A stretch of DNA of 56,459 nt from Hyphochytrium catenoides (taxonomy: Eukaryota; Protista; Hyphochytriomycota). The notes beneath the pieces were generated by a model. That model saw only the letters and a program-made list of their open reading frames with translations. It searched no databases and had not been told where the DNA came from. The position numbers and the translations under genes are program-made. Positions 37,157 to 48,200 of the stretch are shown here, piece after piece (within the stretch, counting starts at the first letter, position 1; the number at the start of each line of letters is the position of its first letter). Where the stretch lies: assembly GCA_900088475.1 (NCBI GenBank), contig FLMG01001444.1, forward strand, positions 1 through 56,459, read 5' to 3'.

Positions 37157-37939
37157 TCTCGCTTACCTATCTAGATCATCTAGTCTGGAAGGCGTGAAGT
37201 CTTGAGTGGGGCAGAGAAGCTGGAAGACATCCTTTGCCCGCCAATCCTCTGAAAGAAAAAGCAAGACAAAAGTAAGAGAAATAGGATAAAATGAGAAGCA
37301 GGTCAAAAGTTGTCCAGATGTTTTGAGATATGAGTTAGCCAGCAAAATACCTGGCGTCACAGGTGTGCCCAGCATGGTAGGAGAGAGTTCAAAGGGTTCA
37401 TTGAGCGTGAGGACCGCGCTTACTCCTGCTTCGATGAGCTGAGGACGACAAGAGGAAGAGGTCATGAACAGCACTGCTACGGAACCTCAAGAGGACTGAG
37501 AAGCGTGGCACGAGTAGAGGGATCATACGCAGGCGGTGACAGGAGAGACACTTGTCACGAAGGTTCTTCGCTGTGAACAGACAGGGGCAGAGAGAAAGAA
37601 AGAGAGGAGAGAGAGGAACAAGCACGATAAAGAGAGAAACAAAGGGATTTGGAGGATACTTTTAGTGCTCTTCTGCCTACCTTCTCCTGGTGTCCCAAGT
37701 TCTTCAGAGGCAGGGCGCCAAGAATGATGTGCTCCTCCACTTCCGACCACCAGGGCCTCTGTCTCTCTCTTTGTAACGCCAGATTGTAGGCTAGACTCAC
37801 ATAGAATACCTATGTCAAAGGGAAAAGAGGTCCAATAGGCAGAGACAGGAGTAAGAGGGCGGAAAAGCCATCATAGATGGAGATATGAGGAGAGAGTAAG
37901 TGCGGAAGAGGAGAAGAGAGAGAGAGGGGGAGAGAGAGA

Positions 37940-37997
<58 letters not shown>

Positions 37998-38498
37998 AGA
38001 GGGGGAGGGGACAAGTGAGATATGAGAGGAGGTTAGCAGCAAACAGAGAGAGAGAGAGAGAGGAGAGGGAGAACAAGTGAGATAGGACTAGAGGGAAGCA
38101 GCAGAGAGAGAGAGAGTAGAGAGGGAGGACAGAGGTGAGATAGGCTAAGAGGGAAGCCGCAAGCACAAGGAACGGTGACCATGCTTGTTCTCAGCGAGAA
38201 GCTATCCGCTCTATTAACAATAACGCGCTCTCTCTTGACAAGACCTACTTGTGTCTCTACCTCTCTTTGTCTCTGCTCATGCGTCTTCTTCTCTCCCGAG
38301 AATTTTTTATCTCTTGTTCTTATTCCCTACTCTTCCTATTATATCCCTCTCCCCCTCCTCTCTGGCTTCCTCTCATTCTCTCTCATCTCTCTATGCCCTT
38401 TCGGTCTCTTTCTCTCTCTCTCTCTCTGAGTCGAGCACTCTTTGTTACTGAGTATCTCTTTTGATGACTTTCCTTCCAGAGAGCAACGACAGCTTGGT

Positions 38499-38536
<38 letters not shown>

Positions 38537-38621
38537 GGGAGAGAGAGTTGAAGAAAGAAGGACAGCGAAGCCCTACCATCAGCTTCCAGGGGCTAGGATT
38601 AGCGGCAGTGGAAGCACTCAT
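36325..38621 (-). CDS. PTPMT1: PTPMT1/DSP8-like dual-specificity (phosphatidylglycerophosphate) phosphatase, ~9 exons
   Basis: VFYVSLAYNL, PWWSEVEEHIILGALP, GVSAVLTLNEPFEL, LCPTQDFTPS, TVYIHCKAGRGRST (~36800-36846) and HVSLTAAQW match the PTPMT1 layout. The first three short exons (MSASTAANPSPWKLM|LSLLSGRKVIKRDTQ|ADSFSLRTSM) and the last exon are less certain. Confidence 0.85.
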
Positions 38622-39145
38622 TGCCAATGATAATCCTTGTCCTTCTGCTCCATGAAGACCTCTATAAACTCTATCACCCGCTGTGATAGACCAATGCTTT
38701 GCAGGAGGAAAAAGGCTTCTCTTTCGTTCTTTTCTTCTTATCTCTGCTCCCTCACTCTGTCTTTGTCTCACACGTCTTCCTGATCCGTTGCCTTCTTCCT
38801 GCTGTCACTGATGTTTGACCCTCTCTCTCTTCTCTCTCTCTTCTTCTTCTTTCCCCATGGATGTGATGGCTGCTGGTGCGGTGGCTAGGGATCTCTCTCT
38901 CTCCATCGCGGCGGACTCAGAGGTGGGAGAAGTTAGATAACGAGGTCAGGGACGACGGCGAAGGCCAAGGGAAGAGGAAAAGAAACAGCAGCGAACAGGG
39001 AAAGAGGGAAAAGATGCTCAGACCCCTGACGCAAGAGTAGAGAACAGGCAGGACGATAGGAAGCGACAGAGATACATGACATGAGGGATAGGGAGACAAG
39101 GGCAGAGAGAGAATGGAAGAGAGAGAGAGAGAGAGGAGGNNNNNN

Positions 39146-39177
<32 letters not shown>

Positions 39178-39610
39178 AGAGAGAGGAGAGAGGAAGAAGG
39201 AGGATGATAGCAAGCCGCAAAGACAGCAAACTTCTTTTGGCAGATTCTCCCCGCCTCTAGCGCACTATACCGAATATAGCTATAGCGTTTGTTTCATTAG
39301 CCGACGATAACTGGACATAGCTCTGCTACAGTAAAATGTTCTGCCCTAGCTTCACCGGAATTAGTGTCTACCAGATGAAAAATCCGACTCCTCCTTCCGG
39401 AGACAATGCCCGCTGCGCGCAGCATCACAAAGGATGTAAGGAAGATTGTGATCTTTCCGTTTTTCTTCAGACAGCAAGAGTAGGACGTTTCTCCCATTCA
39501 GAGAAAAGTAGAGACAGAGAGAGAGAGACCGAGAGAGAGAGGGAGACCGAGAGAGACACAAAGAGAGAGACAAAGAGAGAGACAAAGAGAGAGACAAAGA
39601 GAGAGAGAAA
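37078..39610. repeat. Cluster of (GA)n/(CT)n microsatellites (~37078-37157, 37908-38125, 38405-38545, 39107-39200, 39510-39610)
   Basis: Visible dinucleotide tracts lie in PTPMT1 introns and the PTPMT1-CDPK intergenic region. They include a GAGAGAGACAAA repeat and the N gap at 39140-39145. Confidence 0.95.
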
Positions 39611-39806
39611 GAAGCACAGACCAAGGAACAGAGGAAGCTTGAGCTCATAAGCAAGAGCAAAAGCAAGAGAAGCTCTGAGAAGCTTTATGGCGTGAACCGT
39701 GATGAGGTCCGTCCTGCGTGTAAGCTAAGATCTTGGAAGACGAAGAGAACGAGAAGATACCTACTCTAGCATTGTGATCGTAGTCTTATAGAATTGAGAG
39801 CAAACG

Positions 39807-40595
39807 ATGCTGTCTCTCGCTGCAAGACGCTGTGGAAGGCTCTCGCGAGTGAGAGACGTGAAGAGAGGACGAGGGACTGTTCTCTCTTCGTTTAGAGGGA
39901 TAAGTCACATTATTCCTCCATGCCGAAGAAGAAGAAGCCAAAGCCAGTATTCCCCAATAGCGTGGATAGCTGGGCCTTCCTCTTCTTCCTCTAACAGCCA
40001 AGGTGGGACCGAGCTTACCCTCCTATAGATTTGATGCAGAGAGCTCCTGGCATCTTGTCTCTCACATGTGCTCTCACTCTCCTCCTCTTCTCCCTCACTC
40101 TCTCCCTCACTGTCGCACTAGTAACTTGCCTCTGCCCTCGTCAAAAGCTTGCTCAGGCCCGCTGACTGCTCGCATCCTCCCTCTCTCTCTCTCTCTCTGT
40201 GTGTGTGTCTCCCTCTTGATGTCTGCTGGAGCAGGATGTCTCTCTCCTCTCCCTCGAACGTCTCTCACGCTTTCCTCTCTCCGTCTAAAGGCTCAAGTCC
40301 AGGTCCTGCACTAGCGGGCACCCTCGCGGCATCTGTCCTCCTGGTATCTTCCTTCTCTTGCCTCAGCTATACCACCAGCAGTGGAGGGGCAGTGGCAGAG
40401 GGAAGGGCCACTACCGCCCTGGATAGAAGGAAAAAGGGAAGCGAAAGGGATATCTATGATGACTATGAGCCGCTTGAGGAGATAGGCAGCGGAGGTAAGG
40501 GGCACCCAATCGGCTTCATGGGCATTAGGGATGATAGACGCAGCCCCGCGTAGAGGGAGAGAGAGCACGAGGGAGAGAGAGAGAGAGAAACTGAC

Positions 40596-40627
<32 letters not shown>

Positions 40628-43600
40628 CTAGGTTAGGGTACAATCAGCGGTGCCGGATGCAAGATTTGTCCCCTACCTGACAAGCCTCTCCCTTGCAGGC
40701 TTCTCTGTCGTGAGAAAAGCGAGGTCCAAAGTGACCGGGGAGGTGCGGAGAGCTCTCTTCTGCTGTGTCATCGCCCTAATAAGTCTTCTCATAGATCTAC
40801 TTATCTCTTCTCTCTTTAATTCTCGCTCGCTCTTGCTGGTGTCTCTTCCTTATCTGACTCTGATTAGCTGTGTACTTTGGGCAGATCGTGAGGAGTGACC
40901 GTCTTCCCATTCTGTTTCTCTACAGATTGTTGCGGCAAAGTTCATTGACCTTAAAGCTTCGTCGAAGATAGACGTTACTGCCGAGGTAGACAGTTTTCTC
41001 TATTCCATGAAGCTTTTCTCAGTAGAAAGAATCTCTCTGACTCTGTGACAGTCCATCTCGTTGTCCAAGAGACTTCTGACTTCACTTTGTTTATAGCGGA
41101 CCTCGTCGAACTCTTACCCTTCATTTCAAACGTCACCCTTCCCTGCTTTGATGGCCACGTCCTGACGCCTTTCCATGTCTCACAGGTAGAAGTGATGCGC
41201 CGATTGGGGATGCATCGCCACATCGTGTCCTTGCACGAAGTCTTTGATAGACCGGGCCAGAAAATCCTCATCTTAGATCTTGTACAAGGAGGAGACTTCT
41301 TTGATTACATCGTTTCAAAGGTGGCGCCCTACCGTCTATACTCATCACCTCCTCCTACGTTCCTTCTTCATCGCTAGATTATTGCTTTCCTACTGATGTC
41401 TGTCTAAGTTCTCCACGATTTATGCCTAGAGGTTGAGGTTTAGGGTGCTTCCCCCTGGTAACCCCGAGCACGTCGGCTTTTATGATGTCCTGTACCTCTC
41501 CCTCACTTCACTGTCACTTCACTGTCATCTGGCAAGCTCGTCTCTCTATTGAGATCGTTGCACACTGACCTTCTTACTTGCTATGTCGCTACAATGCCAC
41601 TTATCGTCAGGGCTCTTTGTCAGAGAAGGATGCCAGCAGCCTCCTCCGACAAATTGCGTTAGCGCTCAATCATATCCACAAGTGTGACATTTGGTGAGCC
41701 TGCGACCGCGTGCTGCTCGCTAACTTCGATCCTAACTGTTGCCGTCCTACTCTACTAAGGCTGGTGAAGTGACGTGCGGGATTGTATCCGAGCTGTCCTT
41801 CTGTTTAATGACACCACATTGACATTACACCTTGTATCCCTTCATGGGCTTGTCCCATCTGGGTGGAGGCTCTATTACTCTCTGTTTTCTTTTTCCTCTT
41901 CCCTTCTTGGCTTCCCGGTTTTCCAGAGATGTCTGGTCCTCCTCTGTTGGGATGTCTATGAGCTTGGATAGTTTGACTCCTCTCTAACTGCATTTTGCCT
42001 TATGGGCATGCTAAAATCTATAGCCACTTGGACATCAAGCCGGAGAATGTGCTTTTGGTGAACAGAGAAGCCCCAGACCCACTCATCAAAGTCGCGGTAA
42101 CCGCTCCTAGCCACTTCTAGGGCCCTTCTATTTGTTACTAGTGGGATCCGTTCCCAATAGTTCCTCTGTCAATCCATTGATGGCGTCAAAGTGATAAAAA
42201 TCCCTTGACCACTGTGCGTGACGCCTCTTTGCTTCTCCCTAAAGCACATTTCACTTCGCTCTCTAAAGGCGCTGTTACAACTCTTTGCAGGATTTCGGAC
42301 TTAGCCGGATCCTCCCACGAGGACAGAAAGCATATGATGATTCCCCCGATGGGACGTGGTAGGTAATGACGAGACGGGAAAGGAGATCTTCATCAGTGTT
42401 TTTGGCCAATTTTGCATTCTCTCTTCCACTCTGTCATTAACCCCCCCCCCCTTCCTCTCCAAGGGCACACTTCGTCTGCCAAAAGTGGCCTCGTGTACTT
42501 CCTGCCGCTCACCGTCGTTCGATGTAGGGCTTACTGGGCTCCGGAGATTATAAGGCGTCGACCGTTTGACCAAGAGGTTGACATGTGGGCTTTCGGAACC
42601 CTGGTATAAGTCGATGGGGCAGTGATCTGTTGGCCTCTCACTAATTTCTCCTCTATACCTGTTCCTTTCTCAGGTTTACATAACTCTGACTGGAGTCCAT
42701 CCTTTTGATCCCAAAGGTGATCTCTGTGATGCCGCACTGGTTCAGCGAATTGGGAAAGGCAAATATGACAGTAAGAAGCCCTTTACGCTCCTTCCCTAGC
42801 TGAGTCCCATTTAAAACAATGCAGTTTATCCCTTTAGAATACTCTGAGTTGTCATTGTACAACTCCATGTCTATCTGTCCTTTCAACTGCAGCCCTGGCT
42901 TCACCCTAGCATTAGCGCAGCTCATGCTTCCATCTTTTGAGTCTTGTACATCACTGATGAGATGATTCCTCCTGGCATTCCGCGCTCATCTGCCTCCTCT
43001 CTTGCATTGCAGAGGAAAATACATGGTATAAGCAGTTGTCACCTGGTGCGAAGGATCTAATTGCTAAGCTCTTGGAGATCGACCCAGATCAGAGACTTAC
43101 GGCCAAAGCGGTAAGCTAATGGGACTAACAGGCGCGCTTGTCGGTGGACAGTAGATGCCTAAAGGAGATTGGCTGTATGTGCCGAGAGGACAGAGAGAGA
43201 AAGTGCTGCGCACTAGCACAAAGGGCATGATGAGACCTCGATAGCTCCCTCCATACGCGATTATCACCAGCTCCATATGCCCTCATCACTGCCTGTACTT
43301 GATCCTCAATGACCAGGCTCTGTCGCACCCATGGCTCAAGGGAGAAGCCCCAGAGGCGGAGCTTGATGGAGAACATGCGGAGAGACTCCGAAGCTTCCAA
43401 AGGTTGCGTCAGCTGCGGGCAGAGTTCACCGCTGTCATATTCGGTTGTGGGCAAATCAAGAAGAGAGAAAGGAACAAAGAAGAGCAAGTACAATTCTTCA
43501 GTACGTTTCGTTGCCCGTTTATCATCAAGTGCTAGGCTTTCGGTCCATCGTCTTAGCTATTCTGCAATGATTACCCTTGCCTTTCAGAGCTGTACCTTCT

Positions 43601-44825
43601 CCGATACAGATGTTCTCACTTCTGGCTGAAACACGCTCCATCATTGCTCTCTCTTTCGGTGACTTCATGCAGGGGAGAGTATGTCACCGCATCTGGTCGA
43701 AATCTGCAAGGGTGCGTTTGGCGTCTTTGACAGTGATTCAAACGGCTTCGTAACCAAGCAGGAACTTGGAGAAGTCTTTCGCAAGCTGGGGATGGAACTG
43801 TCCACGTGAGTTAAGCGGTGGAAGGAAGGGAGAGATAAGCAGCACTCGTAGAGTGATCACTAAGCTTTGCCCATTTCTTCCCCTCCGCCAGGAGTGTCAC
43901 CTATCTACAAACACTCGAACTTCCATTAGCTCTCGCTACCCTCCGTCTGTTTGGGCCTTGCCCTTGCCGTCTTGTTGCGCAAAACAACTAGTCGCTTCTC
44001 TGCTTTAGCTACATCTTCGAGGGCTTTCACGTGGTGCTTCCTGCGGTCAAAGATCCGTTGCTCGCTTTCCGGCGTAGCCTTCTTCGCCTCCCTTGGTGAG
44101 AAAAAACACTCTGGTTTTCAGTAGCTAACGACTTGCCGTTACTCTCAGGGAGGAACTTAACAACCTTATGGAGGAAGGAGACATCAATAAGGACGAGGTT
44201 ATTTCCTTCGATGAGTTTCTCGTAATGGTGATGAGCAGAATGACCAGAAGGTAAGAAGAGTTCCCGTTACGCTGTCTACAGAGATCAGGCATGGCTTGTC
44301 TCCTCGTAACTTACTCTATGCGCCTGCATGTTCTTGTTTGCTCGGGTCCTTGACCTGGCTTCACATTTGCTCAGTCTTTGATCCTTGCAGGGTCCGTAGT
44401 TCCAGTCTGGTTGTCTTTTCTATCCCTCTGAACTTCACTATTCTTTTCAGAGGAGTACCCACAGAAGAAGATCTGCGCGCAGCATTCTCTGTCATGGATG
44501 AGAACGGGGACGGCTTTATCTCAGCAGATGAACTGGAGCACGTCCTTGCAGGTGAGCAGGGGACAATGTAGATTCCACTTTCTCATTTAGCTCCACTAAG
44601 TTCTCCATGGATACTAAGAAACTTCTTTTGCCCTCACATCCCCTGGGGATCCTTTCCTCCTCTCCTCATAACCTTTTGTCTGCTCTTGACGGATCAGTGC
44701 TGGGCCGTAAACGCGGAGAAGATGAGATTCGCGAGCTGATGAAGGCGGCGGATGTGAATGGAGACGGACGGATTGACTACAAAGAGTTTGCGTCGATGAT
44801 GTCTACAGCTTTACCAGCAGCTTAA
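39807..44825 (+). CDS. CDPK: Calcium-dependent protein kinase (CAMK-group kinase + 4 EF hands) with long N-terminal targeting extension, ~16 exons
   Basis: Kinase motifs IGSGG|FSVV, VAAK, GGDFFDYI, ICHLDIKPENV, DFGLS, GTWAYWAPE, DMWAFG, GVHPFD and RLTAKA|ALSHPW. EF loops DSDSNGFVTKQE, DINKDEVISFDE, DENGDGFISADE and DVNGDGRIDYKE. All introns are GT-AG and phase-consistent. Confidence 0.92.
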
Positions 44826-45227
44826 CAGCTTAATAAATATAGGCTTATCACCCTTTTATCCCCCTTTTTAACGAACTTTTACGGTTGAGCTTCTTCCTGA
44901 CTTCCTCTCTCTTTCTTCCGCAGTTGCTATCTAAGCTCATCTCAACCTCACTTACATAAGGTCAGAGCTAAGGGCGCCAAAGACAGCTTATCACATCCCA
45001 CTGTTGCCCATATTCCTTCTGGTCATTTCTATGACCTTTAGCCCTAGCTCTCCCTCTTATCAGAAGCGTCTCTTGCAGCTCGCTCGCCTAATCTATCAGC
45101 AAGGGTTAGGACCTACTCTTGGCTCTAGCTCCAAGAGAGCCAAGTCTGAAGGTGGGAAGGGCAGAGAATGGAAGAGCACGATGATATTCCTGCAATTGCT
45201 GTGACCTTGGAGGAAGTACAGCACTGA

Positions 45228-48200
45228 TCATTTGAGCTGCAGTAACACGATGTCTGCCGATTCGAAGTCCACTCTGAGGCCTGGCAAGAGGAACAGCCAA
45301 GAGGAGCCTGTAAGATTGTGACCAGCTTACGTTCCTGGACTGTAACCTACCAAGAATGGCTTTTACTTCCTCCTCTTCTAGAAGCCACTTGGAGTTTCCT
45401 ATCATATCTTCGTTCCAAAGCTCCACGATATCCTCCAGCCTGTCCGGGAGTGACGCTTCTCAGTGAAAGAGCTTGGACGCGGCAAACTCATATGGATCTT
45501 GAGAGAAGAAAGAACTATAGAGCTGACAGAGGAAACTGTCGATACAGAGAGCGAGGCTAACAGGAAGGAAGGTTTAACGCCTCTTAGTCATGACAGAACG
45601 ATACTAGCGCCGGTCGAACGCGCGGCGGATTGGTCCAAGGCAGAAGACAGAAAGACTCTTTGACTGTCGGTCAGCAGACAATCACGAGAGGAGACAACGA
45701 TCTAGAGACACGAGACGACGATTGACTGTTGTTCCCTCTCCTACCTGTCAATCTTCAGAATCTCGCAGATGGATGAGAGCCGATCGAACCGGTCCTTAAT
45801 TCGCTCGGGGTGCTTGTGATTAAGGAAGGTGAAGATGGCACGGAGATCCTTGTCCAGCTGCAAGGCGCCCAGCTGCACCAGCCAACAGCAACGACATTTA
45901 GAGGTTACACCGGGGATATGGATGCCCAGAGGAGAAAGACCAGAGTTGCAGCTTACAGGGTTAAAGAAGCCGTTTTTACCTGTGTGAACCTCTTGGTCAT
46001 AATGGTTGCTTCAAGCTTACTTATGACGACCTCCACCAGACAGTCCAACATCTCCACAAAGTTCCCTTCTGAGAGCTTATTCTTCAGAAAGACAAGATAA
46101 GTCAGAGATGCAGCTCATCCTTGCCTTCGCGTGACTGTTTCCCCCAACTTTGCCGAGGCTATTTTCTCTCCCATCTGTCTGTTTATCCTGTCTCTGTAGC
46201 TTTTGTTCGCTCTATTCCCCAGAGTCTAGCAAGAGAAGCAGTACGGACCTCGTACATAGCGACAAAATTCTCCAAGTCCTTGACAAACCTTTGCGCGAAA
46301 GGATCATTAACCTAGAAGTAGGTGAGGAGGAGGTTACTCGCTTGACACTTCAGGAACATGTATGTGCTAAAGCTCTATCGGTTGGAGGAAGGGCTTCCGC
46401 AAGGTGGTCTCACCTCGTTCATGGCAAATTCTTCTTCTGATATGTCAAAGTGTACAGAGGCATTAGGCTCTCGAAGGGCTGAAAGAAGAGAGTGGACCCA
46501 AGGTTCCAGGAGGGAAGTAACCTTCTTGAAGGCAGTCTGTACACCAAAGAGTTAGGCAATATCGGGAAAAGTTTTTAAGTTTCTCCGATCGGGGAAGGGG
46601 CACACAGCAATCTGAAAATGAGAGAAACCTGACACAGACTGGTAATTCTGCCAGAAAGGCGATAAGGTAGACATAAGTTCATAAGAGCTCAAGCAGAAAC
46701 GATTTACAAAAAGATGAGTTCCATCAAGAGAAAGAGGCCGGTTGAGAGAGAGGGCAGTAGATATGCCGGGAAATTCAGCAGCTCTCTTAGAATGACATAC
46801 CTTTAGAAGGTTTCTAAAGGCTTGCGATGTTTCAGTAAAATTCCCAAGACAGCTAGAGGTGCCACCGTTCAAATAGAAAGTGTCCGGGTAAGGTCATAGG
46901 TGCAGTGGGGAAAGAAAGAAACGAGCAATTCAAACGTACGTTAGAAGAGATGACGTATGCGATACAACGAGCAATTGCATGCAGACGGAAACGAAAGCGA
47001 ATCCCCGTAGCCGTGGACGGAAGGAACGCCGTCATGCTTGTCGGTGCGGCCATTCTTACTCCTCTATGTTGCTTTTGCAATCAGCCTCACCTGTGGAGCT
47101 TCTGGACATCCTTTTCATCATCAAAGACATCCTTTACTTCTTCCTGCAGGCTAGTACGGAGCTCCTCGCTGAAAATAGCGGCCATCTGCATGACATAGGT
47201 TGTGATAAGATAGCTTGTCGCCGAAAGAGGAAGCGGTAAGAGTGATGGCCTTGAGGTGCAACCAAACCAGAAGGTAGATGCTCAACGTTGATTCCGAAGA
47301 GCCACGATCCTCAAGAACTACCGACTTGACGAAGGTCATAGTGCTCTTACCTCAATGTTGTTTAGTGTAGTTATTATGTTCTCCAGCTGAGCTTTAATTG
47401 GGTCTACGTCCCCGCCTATTGCCAAAGTACTAGGAATAGCAGAGAGTTCCGGCAAAGATTGTAAGAAGCAGGGAGAAAAAGCAGCATTAGTCAACGTGGT
47501 ACCAGCGCATGCCCCCAGGAAGGGGTTATAAGAAAGAGACGTCGTCCTATGCCGAGTTTATGCCGAGTCTATCGCGCGGACAAAGGGTACGAACAGCATA
47601 AAGAATGACATTGGCCTCCGATTGAGCTACCAAAGATAGTGATAGCAAGGTAGTGGGATGTTGACGAAGGGAATGTACCAGCTTATATAGCATCATCACC
47701 AAGAGGGAATATCACAACCGGTGGAGAGCAAACAGTTAGCATTCTAAGCCTTTCACCTCTTTTTCGGCAGGTTCACGCTAAGATTCTGAAGGGCATCCTG
47801 CACCTTGTCCACATTTCCAATATTCTTCTTCAGCTTGGCAAATTGCTGCTGGACCTGCAACTGAATCTATCGACAAAGGGCATGCAAAGGGGGAAAGAGA
47901 TAAGTAACCCAGTCGGTGCCGGAAGCCGTTATAAGCTTTCCTAGACTGTCTAGAGTCCATACCTGGCTTTCCTTGTAAGGCGTTATCTTCTTCACCTGAT
48001 GAAGCCGAACCTGTGTCGAGTAGAAGTCAAGGATTGTCAACACTAGTTTGAGGGCGGCCCCCAGTTAATGAGGATAGGGGCGGAGCAAATGACTCAAGAG
48101 AAAAGGCAGGCACATCTGGCGGACCAAGGCAGTTGTAGGTACTCGACAGACCAAGGAAAGTTCCATGGCGATCATAGCAACCCACCCGCAGTAGCTCTTC

